From: Candidatus Limnocylindria bacterium
GTDB taxonomy: Bacteria; Chloroflexota; Limnocylindria; QHBO01
DNA: 64,000 nt
Assembly (NCBI GenBank): GCA_036380455.1
Contig: DASVEQ010000096.1
Location: 21,484 to 85,483 of the forward strand
Direction: 5' to 3'
Part shown: positions 53,962 to 63,231 of the stretch, in pieces
Layout: every line of letters begins with the position of its first letter
Numbering within the stretch: position 1 is the stretch's first letter
Notes under the pieces: model-generated
What the model was told of the DNA's origin: nothing
Database searches by the model: none
What the model saw: the letters and a program-made list of their open reading frames with translations, nothing else
Program-made: the position numbers and the translations under genes

Positions 53962-54716
53962 CGAGCGCGGCCCTCCCGGAGCGTGGCGACCGCCTTCGCG
54001 ATGCGGCGCTGGCGCGTCTCATCGGTCCTTGCGCCGGTCACCGACTCGACGTGGAAGCGCTGGAGGCTGTACGACAGCCCGTCGAACGTGCCTCGTGCGG
54101 CGGGCTCCGCGTCGAGCGCGGCGGCCAGGTCGTCCGGCACGGCCATCACCCTCGGCGCAGTGTCGAGCGTGAGCTCGACCTCCACCTCGGCGCCGGCGGC
54201 AACGCCGGCCGCCTCCCGGTTCGCGGCGGAGAGCGGCAGCATGAACACGCCGTCCATGGTCGCCACCGTGCTGCGGTAGGTGTGCCCGCCGATGCGGACG
54301 GTCACTGCCGGCCGCTTCCCGGCGCCGAGCGACTCGACGACCCGATCCGGGACCTGGAAGCCGGTGGCCGTCTTGCCGCCGAGCGCGATCGTCGTAGAGA
54401 ACTTCACCGATTCGTCTCCTCTGCCCGCATGTCGTCGCACGGCCACGAGCCGCGCCTCGTTCGGTCCCCGGTTGCGCAGCGCCATGAGCGGGAGGCAGTC
54501 GAGGGCCAGCAGGTCGCCGGCCACGAACGACCGGCGGCTCCCCCCCTCGCATTCCACCTCGACCGTGCCGCGCTCGACCAGCACGAGGCAGTCGCTCCAG
54601 TCCGCCGCCTCGGTCAGCCGCGTGACCCCCGGCCCGAGCGTGATCCGCAGCCGATCGAAGGCCGGTGGCAGCGGCATGCGCGTCATCGCGCGCGCGACGC
54701 CTCCGATCGGCGACAT
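53958..54716 (-). CDS. Fusion protein: N-terminal beta-barrel (cupin-like) region + DUF1905 + YdeI/OmpD-associated domain
   Basis: 252 aa. …GKTATGFQVPDRVVESLGAGKRPAVTVRIGGHTYRSTVATMDGVFMLPLSAANR… fits DUF1905. …PDDLAAALDAEPAARGTFDGLSYSLQRFHVESVTGARTDETRQRRI… fits the YdeI-type domain. Confidence 0.6.
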   Translation of the reverse strand: MSPIGGVARAMTRMPLPPAFDRLRITLGPGVTRLTEAADWSDCLVLVERGTVEVECEGGSRRSFVAGDLLALDCLPLMALRNRGPNEARLVAVRRHAGRGDESVKFSTTIALGGKTATGFQVPDRVVESLGAGKRPAVTVRIGGHTYRSTVATMDGVFMLPLSAANREAAGVAAGAEVEVELTLDTAPRVMAVPDDLAAALDAEPAARGTFDGLSYSLQRFHVESVTGARTDETRQRRIAKAVATLREGRAR

Positions 54717-54720
54717 TCGC

Positions 54721-56178
54721 TCAGCCGGCCGGCGCGACGTTGTGGTTCCGCCGGAACAGGTTCGTGGGGTCGACCGCGGCCTTCACACGCGCCAGCCGCT
54801 CGCCGGTCGCTCCCGGGTAGGCTCGGCGGATCGCCGTCGGGTCCTCGGCCTCGAGGAAGTTGACATACGCCCCCTCGCCACCCTGGCGCAGGTCGTTCGC
54901 GAACGCCTCCACCCAGGCGTCCTTCGTCGCCTGGTCGTCGCCACCGGAGTGGAATGCGACGCAGATCGCCAGGATCCTCCGGGACCGATGGGCGAATGCG
55001 GTCGCATCGGCCGGCACGCGCGCCATGGCGCCGCCCAGAACGCGGAGCTGGGTGGCCCGCATGGGCGCATCCGAGGCCCCGAGGTGTCGCATGATCGCCT
55101 CCGCGTCGGTCGGCGCGACGTGGTCCATGAAGAAGGTGCGTCCCACCACCAACGGCCGGAAGTCCTCGCCAGCGCCCTCTTCCGGCGGATACATCTCCGG
55201 GTACGAGATCGGCTTCACGAGGTCGGCCAGCGGCTCGGCCAGGGCGCGGAATGGTGCCATGGCCGCCTCGCCGGCCTCGACGTCGCCGACGTGGCAGAGC
55301 ATGGCGAGGATCACGATGCTGCCGTGGTGCTCCTCCGGGACGAACGGCAGCGGCGGGCAGTTCATGACGTTCGCGATCGTCGACAGCTCCTCGGGCGCCG
55401 CCTCGGCGGCGGCCAGGAAGCCCTCGACCGTCTGGGCGGTGGCCGGCAGGACGAGGATGCCCCCGACGACCTGCTCCACCGGCTGAAGCCGATACTGGAA
55501 GCGGGTCACGACGCCGAAATTGCCGCCCCCGCCACGAATGGCCCAGAAGAGATCCGAATCGTGGTCGGCGTCGACGACCCGGATCTCGCCGTCGGCAGTG
55601 ACGATCTCTGCCGCCAGGACCGAGTCGATCGTCATCCCGTGCTTGCGCACGAGGTAGCCGATGCCGCCGCCGGTCGTGAGGCCGCCGATGCCGACCGACG
55701 CCGTGTCGCCGAACCCGACGGCCAGTCCGTGCTCCGCGGTCGCGACCGTCACCTCGCCCGCGGTCAGCCCGGTCTCGGCCCACGCCGTCCGTGCCTCCGG
55801 GTCGATCTCGAGGCCCTTCATCTCGACGAGATCGATCACGATGCCGCCGTCCGTGGTGCTGTGCCCGGCGCCCGAGTGCCCGCCGCTGCGGACTGCCAGC
55901 TCCGTCCCGGTCGCGCGCGCGAAGGCGACGGTGGCCGCCACGTCGCGCGCGTCGCGCGCGCGCACGATGGCGGCGGGGCGTAGGTCGTACCCGCCGGCCT
56001 TCACCTGGCGGGCGGGTTCGTAGTCGGGATCGGACGGGATGATCATGCGCCCGCTCAGCTGGGCGCGCAGGTCGTCGAGGGTGGTGGTCCCGGCTGCGGT
56101 CGTCACGTGCCGCTCCTCCGTGTGTGATGTGTCATGGATTGGACGGGCTGATGACCCGGAAGTCATCGGTGTTGCCAC
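54721..56178 (-). CDS. FAD-linked oxidase (PCMH-type FAD-binding domain, BBE-like C-terminus)
   Basis: 485 aa. …AAIVRARDARDVAATVAFARATGTELAVRSGGHSGAGHS… and the C-terminal …YVNFLE…VDPTNLFRRNHN…. Confidence 0.8.
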   Translation of the reverse strand: MATPMTSGSSARPIHDTSHTEERHVTTAAGTTTLDDLRAQLSGRMIIPSDPDYEPARQVKAGGYDLRPAAIVRARDARDVAATVAFARATGTELAVRSGGHSGAGHSTTDGGIVIDLVEMKGLEIDPEARTAWAETGLTAGEVTVATAEHGLAVGFGDTASVGIGGLTTGGGIGYLVRKHGMTIDSVLAAEIVTADGEIRVVDADHDSDLFWAIRGGGGNFGVVTRFQYRLQPVEQVVGGILVLPATAQTVEGFLAAAEAAPEELSTIANVMNCPPLPFVPEEHHGSIVILAMLCHVGDVEAGEAAMAPFRALAEPLADLVKPISYPEMYPPEEGAGEDFRPLVVGRTFFMDHVAPTDAEAIMRHLGASDAPMRATQLRVLGGAMARVPADATAFAHRSRRILAICVAFHSGGDDQATKDAWVEAFANDLRQGGEGAYVNFLEAEDPTAIRRAYPGATGERLARVKAAVDPTNLFRRNHNVAPAG

Positions 56179-56298
56179 GATGATCCGTATTCCTGACCAT
56201 CCGTGTCAGGTTCGTGGGCCATGCTGGCCATCGACCGATGACTTTCGACGAGCCCGACGGTCACGGCAGCACCACGCACCGAAGAGAGACCTCGACCG

Positions 56299-57921
56299 AT
56301 GACGACGACGACCCTACCCCGGAAGGCGACCCGCCGCGAGTGGATCGGCCTCGCCGTGCTGGCCCTTGCCTGCCTGCTGTACGTGATGGACCTCACCGTC
56401 CTCCACCTGGCGGTGCCGGCGATGAGCGCCGACCTCCAGCCGACGAGCGCGCAGCTGCTGTGGATCATCGACATCTACGGCTTCCTGGTCGCAGGGTCGC
56501 TGATCACGATGGGAACCCTTGGCGACCGCATCGGCCGACGGCGGCTGCTGATGATCGGCGCGGCGGCGTTCGGGCTCGTCTCGATCATGGCCGCCTTCAG
56601 CGTGAGCGCGGAGATGCTCATCCTCAGCCGTGCGCTGCTCGGGATCGCGGGCGCAACCCTGGCGCCGGGGACGCTGAGCCTCATCTTCCACATGTTCACC
56701 GATCCGCGCGAGCGGTCGATCGCCGTCGGGGTGTGGATCGGCAGCTTCAGTGCCGGCAGCGCGGTCGGCCCGGTCCTGGGCGGCGTGATGCTCGAGTTCT
56801 TCTGGTGGGGATCGGTCTTCCTGCTCGCCCTGCCGGTCATGGCGGCGCTGCTCATCCTCGGGCCGCGCGTGCTGCCAGAATACCGCGACCCGGACGCCGG
56901 CCGCCTGGATCCGGTGAGCGCCGGCATGTCGATCGTCGCCCTGCTGGCGATCATCTTCGGCCTGAAGGAGATCGCCCAGTCCGGCGTGGACACGCTGCCG
57001 ATCGCGGCCATCACGCTCGGTGTCGTCGTCGGCGGGCTGTGGGTGCGGCGCCAGCAGCGCCTCGAGGACCCGATGATCGACGTCAACCTCTTCCGCATCC
57101 GCGCCTTCAACTCGGCGCTGGCGGTGAACTTCCTGTCGATCTTCACGATGGTCGGCTACTTCCTGTTCGTGGCGCAGTACCTCCAGCTCGTCATCGGCCT
57201 TTCGCCGCTGGAGGCCGGCCTGTGGTCGTTGCCGTCGGCGGTGGCGTTCGTCGTCGGCTCGCAGCTGGCGCCGCGGATCGTGCAGCGCGTGCGTCCGGCG
57301 TACCTCATCGGCGGCGGCCTGGCGATCGCGGCTCTGGGCCTGGTGATGCTCACCCGCGTCGGCACGACCGACGGGCTCCCGCTCCTGGTGGCCTCGTCGA
57401 TCGTCATCTCGATCGGCCTGGCCCCGGTGTTCGGGCTGACCACCGAGCTCATCGTGGGCTCCGCGCCGCCGGAGCGGGCCGGCGCCGCCTCGGGCATCAG
57501 CGAGACGGCCTCCGAGCTCGGCGGGGCGCTTGGCATCGCGATGCTCGGCAGCATCGGGGTCGCGATCTACCGGGGCGAGGTCGCCGCCGACCTGCCGTCG
57601 GGAGTGCCCGCCGATGCCGCTGCCGTCGCGACCGACACGCTCGGTGGCGCCGTCGGGGTGGCGGCGCAGTTGCCGGCTGACACCGCCGCGGCCGTCCTCG
57701 ACGTGGCACGCAACGCGTTCGTGACCGGCATGCAGATCACGACAGGAATCGCCGCCGGTATCGCGATCGGCCTGGCCATCCTGGCGGTCGTCGCCCTTCG
57801 GTCGTCGTCCGTCGGCGGCGAGCGCGTGGGCGACCGCGAGAGCGAGGACGCCACGGCCGCCTCAGGGCGTCCGCCAGAGCAGGTGGCCAACATCGCGCCG
57901 TGGGAGCTGGGAGCGGACTGA
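56299..57921 (+). CDS. MFS transporter, 14-TM drug:H+ antiporter (EmrB/QacA-like)
   Basis: 540 aa. …LTVLHLAVPAMSADL…, …GTLGDRIGRRRLL… and about 14 TM helices. Confidence 0.8.
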   Translation: MTTTTLPRKATRREWIGLAVLALACLLYVMDLTVLHLAVPAMSADLQPTSAQLLWIIDIYGFLVAGSLITMGTLGDRIGRRRLLMIGAAAFGLVSIMAAFSVSAEMLILSRALLGIAGATLAPGTLSLIFHMFTDPRERSIAVGVWIGSFSAGSAVGPVLGGVMLEFFWWGSVFLLALPVMAALLILGPRVLPEYRDPDAGRLDPVSAGMSIVALLAIIFGLKEIAQSGVDTLPIAAITLGVVVGGLWVRRQQRLEDPMIDVNLFRIRAFNSALAVNFLSIFTMVGYFLFVAQYLQLVIGLSPLEAGLWSLPSAVAFVVGSQLAPRIVQRVRPAYLIGGGLAIAALGLVMLTRVGTTDGLPLLVASSIVISIGLAPVFGLTTELIVGSAPPERAGAASGISETASELGGALGIAMLGSIGVAIYRGEVAADLPSGVPADAAAVATDTLGGAVGVAAQLPADTAAAVLDVARNAFVTGMQITTGIAAGIAIGLAILAVVALRSSSVGGERVGDRESEDATAASGRPPEQVANIAPWELGAD

Positions 57922-57967
57922 CGCGTCGCCGCAGTCGCACCGCAGGGCCGATGCGGACGATGGCGGC

Positions 57968-59566
57968 ATGAACGCACAGATCGCGACGATTCCGGCCCGC
58001 CGCAATCGCACCGGGCTCAGCTCCACGGCACTGCGGGCGGCGCTCCCGCTCGTGGGAACGGGGCTGAAGCTGATCAGCCTGAACTACGGGGCGCTGAAGT
58101 GGATGCTCGAGACGGTCCCGTCGTCGGTGACCGAGCGGCTCTCGCGCGAGCGGGCGCTCGAGACCGCCCGTCATGCCGCCCGCCGGGTCCCGGCCTACCG
58201 GGACCGGCTCGAAGAGGTCGGGGTTGACCCGCGGCATCTGGCGCAGTGGGAGATGGCGCCTGAGACCGACAAGGCGAGCTACGTCGACCGCTGGAGCCTT
58301 GCGGAACGCTGCCTCAATGGCCGGATCCCGCTGCGTGGCACGACGATTGACGAGTCGTCGGGCAGCACCGGCACCCCCTACAACTGGGTGCGATCGTCAA
58401 CGGAGCGGCGGCACGTGCGCCGGATGATCGGCTTCTTCGCTCGCTACACGTTCGGCCACGAGCCGCTCGTGGTGCTGAACGCGTTCAGCATGGGTGCCTG
58501 GGCCACCGGCATGACGACCGCCCTTGCCCTGGAGCAGAACGGGCTGGTGAAGGCGACGGGCCCGTCGATCGAGAAGATCCTCGGCACCATGCGCCAGCTC
58601 GGCCCGGGGTACCGCTACCTGATCGTCGGGTACCCGCCGTTCATCAAGCTGCTGCTCGACGAGGGCGAGCGCGACGGCTTCTCGTGGGAGGCGTACCGGA
58701 TGCACGCGCTGCTCGGCGGCGAGGGCAACTCCGAGGCGCTGCGCGACTACCTCGGCCGTCGCTTCGAGACGGTGTTCTCCGGCTACGGCGCCACCGACGT
58801 CGAGATCGGCCTGGCGGCGGAGACGCCGGCCTCCATCGGCCTCCGCCGGCTGGCGGCCCAGCGTCCGGAGATCGCCAGAGCGCTGTTCGGCGAGACCGGC
58901 CGCAGCCCGATGGTGTTCCAGTACAACCCGCTCCTCCATCACATCGAGACGAATGGCAACGGCGAGCTGCTGTTCACCGTCACCCGGCACGGCACCCTGG
59001 CGCCGAAGGTCCGCTATAACGTCCACGACGAGGGAGGCGTGATCCGCGACGACGACCTGCGCGCGCGGCTGGGGGAGTTCGGCGTCGAGATCGGCCAGCT
59101 GGATCCATCGCGCCGGCGCCACGTCCGGATGCCGTACCTCTACGTCTTCGGACGGCGCGACTCGACCGTGTCGGTCATGGGCGCCAACATCTACCCGGCC
59201 GACATCGAGGCTGGGATCTACGCCGATGCGGCCCTGGCCGAGCGCGTGCTCTCCTTCGCCCTGTCGATCCGCGAGGAGCGGCCGGGGGAGACGCGGCCGC
59301 TGGTGGCCGTCCAGCTCGCCCGCGGAGAGCCGACGCCGGACCTCACCGATGCGCTGAGGGCCGCTATCCAGCGCCAGCTCGCGACCCAGAACGCCGACTA
59401 CCAGGAGGCGATGCGGGAGTACCCCGCGCTGCTCGTCCCGGTCGTCGAGCTCCACGCGCGGGGCACAGGGCCGTTCGCCGGCGATGCGGACCGCATCAAG
59501 CACCGCTACGTGACGGACCCGTCACCCTCCGTCCCGGATCGCCACGTTGCGCCGGGGCGCACGTAA
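57968..59566 (+). CDS. Adenylate-forming enzyme of the phenylacetate-CoA ligase / coenzyme F390 synthetase-like family
   Basis: 532 aa. The AMP-binding P-loop-like …DESSGSTGTPYNWVRS… and overall length fit the PaaK-like family. The substrate is unknown. Confidence 0.65.
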   Translation: MNAQIATIPARRNRTGLSSTALRAALPLVGTGLKLISLNYGALKWMLETVPSSVTERLSRERALETARHAARRVPAYRDRLEEVGVDPRHLAQWEMAPETDKASYVDRWSLAERCLNGRIPLRGTTIDESSGSTGTPYNWVRSSTERRHVRRMIGFFARYTFGHEPLVVLNAFSMGAWATGMTTALALEQNGLVKATGPSIEKILGTMRQLGPGYRYLIVGYPPFIKLLLDEGERDGFSWEAYRMHALLGGEGNSEALRDYLGRRFETVFSGYGATDVEIGLAAETPASIGLRRLAAQRPEIARALFGETGRSPMVFQYNPLLHHIETNGNGELLFTVTRHGTLAPKVRYNVHDEGGVIRDDDLRARLGEFGVEIGQLDPSRRRHVRMPYLYVFGRRDSTVSVMGANIYPADIEAGIYADAALAERVLSFALSIREERPGETRPLVAVQLARGEPTPDLTDALRAAIQRQLATQNADYQEAMREYPALLVPVVELHARGTGPFAGDADRIKHRYVTDPSPSVPDRHVAPGRT

Positions 59567-59659
59567 CTGACCGCTAGGCCGCGGGAGGCGCGCTGAGGCC
59601 CTCGATCCTTGCGCCTCCACGCACATTCATGTGGCCAGGACGCGGCTGCTTCGCAGTTA

Positions 59660-59677
59660 CGTGCGTCCGGACGCACG
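59660..59677. terminator. Perfect 18-bp palindrome between convergent genes (possible bidirectional terminator)
   Basis: CGTGCGTCCGGACGCACG. Confidence 0.4.
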
Positions 59678-59744
59678 CGCCGCGGCGGCACGGCCCTGCG
59701 ACGATCGCGAGGCCGCGGCGCATCGCCAGCGAGCCGCCGCGGCC

Positions 59745-61667
59745 TCAGGGCCCTAGCAGGCCGGCTCCGGAGACCGTGACGTTGCCTCGCTCGACGACGC
59801 CGAAGGCGGCGTAGCCGGTACCGGTCACGAGGCGGAACGTATCGGCAGCGGCGTTCGCCTTCCCGAGATCCTCGATGTCCAGCACGAAGTGGACGCCGGA
59901 CACGCCGTCGACGGTCGCACGGCCGGTGAGCGTTGCCCGCGGACCCTCGATGGTCAGCGTGTCGACGGCGGTCGCATCCACCCGGATGCCGGCGTCCCGA
60001 TCACGGAAGTGGATCGAGCCGGTCGGCGCCGGTGCTCCGAGGGCGTACGACACGTCGAACGCGAACTGGGCGCGTCCCCCGGGCGCCGGTCCTTCGAGGA
60101 TCGTGAACTCCGCGAGCTCGCCGACGGCCTGTCCGCCGCCGGTGACCGTGCCAGGGGTGTTGACCGGCACCGAGACGCAGGCCGCACCCGAGCACGAGCT
60201 GAAGGCGAAGACATCGAAGCCGCGGGTCATGTCGCCGGCGTACACGTGGCCCTTGTACTCCTTCGCGGACCAGGTGTCCGCTCCGGGCATCACGTTCCAG
60301 CCGCGGGTGTTGCCCCAGTCCGTGAACGGGTGCTCGGCGATGCCGTCGGTGTTCGACGCTGCCGCCGCATAGTCGATCCACCATACGCCGGCGCCGTAGT
60401 GTGCCGACACGGCCTGGGTTGGCGGCAGCGACGAGACTCCGTCAAATCCCGGCTGGATCGGGCCGGGGCCCACGGACCCGTTGCCGCCGTTGCGGAAGAC
60501 ATGGATCGTGCATCCGCGCTCGGTCCGGCCGATGCCGGCAAGCGCCGGTGCGAGTGGATCGATGGCAAGCGACGGGTTCGGGTAGAACCACGTTCCGAGC
60601 CGTGCGGGCGAGTCCGGGGCGGAGACGTCCCAGAAGTGCATGCCGCCGATCACGCCGCTCGGGTCGCTGTTGCAGGCGGTGTTGCTCAGGCCGCCGCCGC
60701 GCTCATCGGTGAACACGAGGATGCGGCCATCCGCGCTCACGTCAGCCTGGTGCGAGGTCGTGAGGTTGCGCGGGTTGGCGCTCCCACCCGCCTCGGTCGT
60801 CTGCGGAATGAGGGCGATGGTGGACGCATCGCGCTCGAAGATGTTCGAGACGTCGACGATGAACGTCCCGGTCCCCGGGCTGGCAGCGTACATCGTGCTG
60901 CCGTCGGCGGAGAACGAGGTGTCGTGCGCCGCGCCGGTCACGCCCGCCGCGATCTTGCGGACCATGGTCACCGGGGTGCTGCGCAGATCGACGACCTCGA
61001 CGCCGGAGCGGGTCGTGTCGATGGCCAGCCACTCGCCGCTCGGGTGGAGCGTGGCGTTGTGCGCGCCGTTGCCTGGCGTCTGGACCACGTAGCAGTCGAG
61101 CAGCGAGGTCGTGAACGTGGCGGTGGCCGGGTCGTACTGCAGCCGGACGATATCGGAGCCGCCCTCGTCGATCGCCGTGGGCTGCTTGCCGCGCAGACAG
61201 GCCGAGACGTGCGGACCGACGACGAGCGGATCGAACGAGACGACCGCCAGGTCGCCGCGGACCTGGACGTCGTTCTGCCAGCCGGGGTCGGTATAGGCGC
61301 CGGCCAGGGTCGGCCGGGCGGGGTTCGTGACGTCGAAGATGCGCAGCCCGGCCCCCATGGTGCCCACGAAGGCATAGTCGTGGATCCGCCCCTCGGCGTC
61401 CCGGCGCGATTGGAACTCCACGTCGGTCCCGACGAATCCGCACACGTTGGCGACATGCGTGAGGTTGCGGGCGGAGCGCGGAACGAGCCCCGGCGTGGAG
61501 ACCGCCTCGCAGGGGAGCGGCGTGTTGTGCGCCGGGTCGGCCGAGACACCGGGATCGACCTCCTGGCCGAAGAGGGCGGCCGGCGCGGCCACGAGCAGGG
61601 TGAAGACGACGAAGAAGGTGGCGAGGCGCGCTCCGCGCCACTCCACGGGACCCGGGCGGGGGACCAT
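59745..61667 (-). CDS. Secreted beta-propeller protein with LVIVD-type repeats
   Basis: 640 aa with a signal peptide (…FFVVFTLLVAAPAALFGQ). …YAFVGTMGAGLRIFDVTNPARPTLAGAY… resembles LVIVD repeats. I do not recognise the C-terminal ~130-aa domain. Confidence 0.55.
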   Translation of the reverse strand: MVPRPGPVEWRGARLATFFVVFTLLVAAPAALFGQEVDPGVSADPAHNTPLPCEAVSTPGLVPRSARNLTHVANVCGFVGTDVEFQSRRDAEGRIHDYAFVGTMGAGLRIFDVTNPARPTLAGAYTDPGWQNDVQVRGDLAVVSFDPLVVGPHVSACLRGKQPTAIDEGGSDIVRLQYDPATATFTTSLLDCYVVQTPGNGAHNATLHPSGEWLAIDTTRSGVEVVDLRSTPVTMVRKIAAGVTGAAHDTSFSADGSTMYAASPGTGTFIVDVSNIFERDASTIALIPQTTEAGGSANPRNLTTSHQADVSADGRILVFTDERGGGLSNTACNSDPSGVIGGMHFWDVSAPDSPARLGTWFYPNPSLAIDPLAPALAGIGRTERGCTIHVFRNGGNGSVGPGPIQPGFDGVSSLPPTQAVSAHYGAGVWWIDYAAAASNTDGIAEHPFTDWGNTRGWNVMPGADTWSAKEYKGHVYAGDMTRGFDVFAFSSCSGAACVSVPVNTPGTVTGGGQAVGELAEFTILEGPAPGGRAQFAFDVSYALGAPAPTGSIHFRDRDAGIRVDATAVDTLTIEGPRATLTGRATVDGVSGVHFVLDIEDLGKANAAADTFRLVTGTGYAAFGVVERGNVTVSGAGLLGP

Positions 61668-61763
61668 GGTGATTGGGACCTCACGAGCACGACCAGCCGA
61701 TGCCCGGGACTCGGCGTTGACGAGCTCGAGCCCTGCAAGTTGCGCGCCGAAGGCAGCGGTACG

Positions 61764-62420
61764 CTAGGGCCGGATGCGGACCGACTCGAGCACGGGCTCC
61801 GCCGCCTCCAGGGCCTCCGACCAGCGCTCAGCCGACCCGCCCACCATGACGGCCAGCAGGCGGCCCCGCTCGGTCGGAAGGAAGGCGATCCACAGCCGGC
61901 GCGCCGGGTCGATGCCCAGGGGACCGGGCGACGCCTCCAGGACCGAGGCGTGCGCGGTACCAGTGTTCTCGACCTCCACCACGGCGCCCGCGAGGCCGCC
62001 GATCCGGGACTCGCTCGACCCCAGGACCTCCAATGCCGCGTTGCCGCGCACGAGCTGGACGGCCGCGTCCGGACCGTCCGTGCCGGTCGCTCCGTCGGAC
62101 CCGTATACGCCCATCACGGTGGCGAACTGGACGGCGATCACGTCGGGAGTGCCGATCGTCTCGTCGACCTGCACGTCGAAGAAGCCGTCGAGGAGCTGGA
62201 CGGGGCGCCAGCCTGCGCCGAGCTCGAAGGTGAGCCGCGGCTCGAAGCCGACGCGCGTGTATTGGCCCGGAGGCAGCGGCACGTTGCTCTCCGTCAGCTC
62301 TCGCGCCGCGCCGGACGGCTCGACGCTCGGCCCGGTCCACGGGGTGGGGTCCGCCCCGTCCCCGCAGGCTGCGAGCAGAAGCACGACCATCGAAAGGGAG
62401 CTCGTGCACGGTCTCGTCAC
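61764..62420 (-). CDS. Hypothetical lipoprotein
   Basis: 218 aa with a lipobox …VVLLLAACGDG. I recognise no family. Confidence 0.5.
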   Translation of the reverse strand: MTRPCTSSLSMVVLLLAACGDGADPTPWTGPSVEPSGAARELTESNVPLPPGQYTRVGFEPRLTFELGAGWRPVQLLDGFFDVQVDETIGTPDVIAVQFATVMGVYGSDGATGTDGPDAAVQLVRGNAALEVLGSSESRIGGLAGAVVEVENTGTAHASVLEASPGPLGIDPARRLWIAFLPTERGRLLAVMVGGSAERWSEALEAAEPVLESVRIRP

Positions 62421-62454
62421 GTTCGGTGTAACCGCGCGGCGCCCCGCCGTTCAG

Positions 62455-62865
62455 TCAACGGGCAGGAAGCAGCTCGAAGCGGGCGACGTGACGCGGGCGG
62501 ACGCGCTCGAAGTGCCTCCGGTCGAGCGTGTAGATGCGCGTGGCGTTCATGCGTTCCGCGATGGTGGCGACGGCCGCATCGGCGAAGCCGATCTCGTGCT
62601 CGGCCATCATCCCCACTACCCGGTCCAGGTCGCCGTTGGCGAGCGACTCGAGCCGCCAATCGGAGTCGACCAGGTGGCGGACGAAGGCCGTCTCGTTCTC
62701 GCTGCCGAGGCGCGAGGCGATGAGGGTGCAGACCTCGGGGATCGTCGCCGTGGGCACCACGATCGTCTCCTGTTCGGCGCCGATGGCCTCCAGGCACTCG
62801 GCATGGAAGGTGTCCCCCGCGTCGACCAGGGCGTAGAGGACGCCGCTGTCGATGACGGCGCTCAC
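62455..62865 (-). CDS. vapC: PIN-domain ribonuclease toxin VapC
   Basis: 136 aa. The N-terminal acidic motif VIDSGVLYALVDAGD and later …FADAAVATIAERMN…IYTLDRRHF… are present. It overlaps the upstream antitoxin gene by 4 nt. Confidence 0.8.
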   Translation of the reverse strand: MSAVIDSGVLYALVDAGDTFHAECLEAIGAEQETIVVPTATIPEVCTLIASRLGSENETAFVRHLVDSDWRLESLANGDLDRVVGMMAEHEIGFADAAVATIAERMNATRIYTLDRRHFERVRPRHVARFELLPAR

Positions 62866-63119
62866 GAGGCCGGCTCGGGCGGCTCCGCGGTCGGCTCTCC
62901 TTCGGCGGCAAGGATCTCCTCGACCCGCCCGGCGACATCGCCAGGTCCGCGAGCGATGCCGACGAAACCGGGCAGGTTGCGCTCTGCGCCCACGCGGTCG
63001 GCCACGTACGCATCGAGGGCCTCGCGGATGACCTGCGAGGTCGGGCGACCCTCGCGACGCGCAATGCGCTCGAGCTCCGCCAAAAGTCCGGGGTCGAGGA
63101 GGATTGACGTCCTACGCAT
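62862..63119 (-). CDS. vapB: Ribbon-helix-helix (CopG-type) antitoxin VapB
   Basis: MRRTSILLDPGLLAELERIARREGRPTSQVIREALDAYV is a typical RHH N-terminus. I prefer the ATG at 63117-63119. In-frame alternatives lie upstream at ATG 63125 and GTG 63146. Confidence 0.7.
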   Translation of the reverse strand: MRRTSILLDPGLLAELERIARREGRPTSQVIREALDAYVADRVGAERNLPGFVGIARGPGDVAGRVEEILAAEGEPTAEPPEPAS

Positions 63120-63231
63120 ATGCATATAGGTTAGCACATGCGGCACTCGAGCGCCGCAACCTCACCCGAACGGCAGCGCAACTCCGGCACGGGGGGAATC
63201 CATCACACATCGCTCCGGAGTTCGTCCCGCC

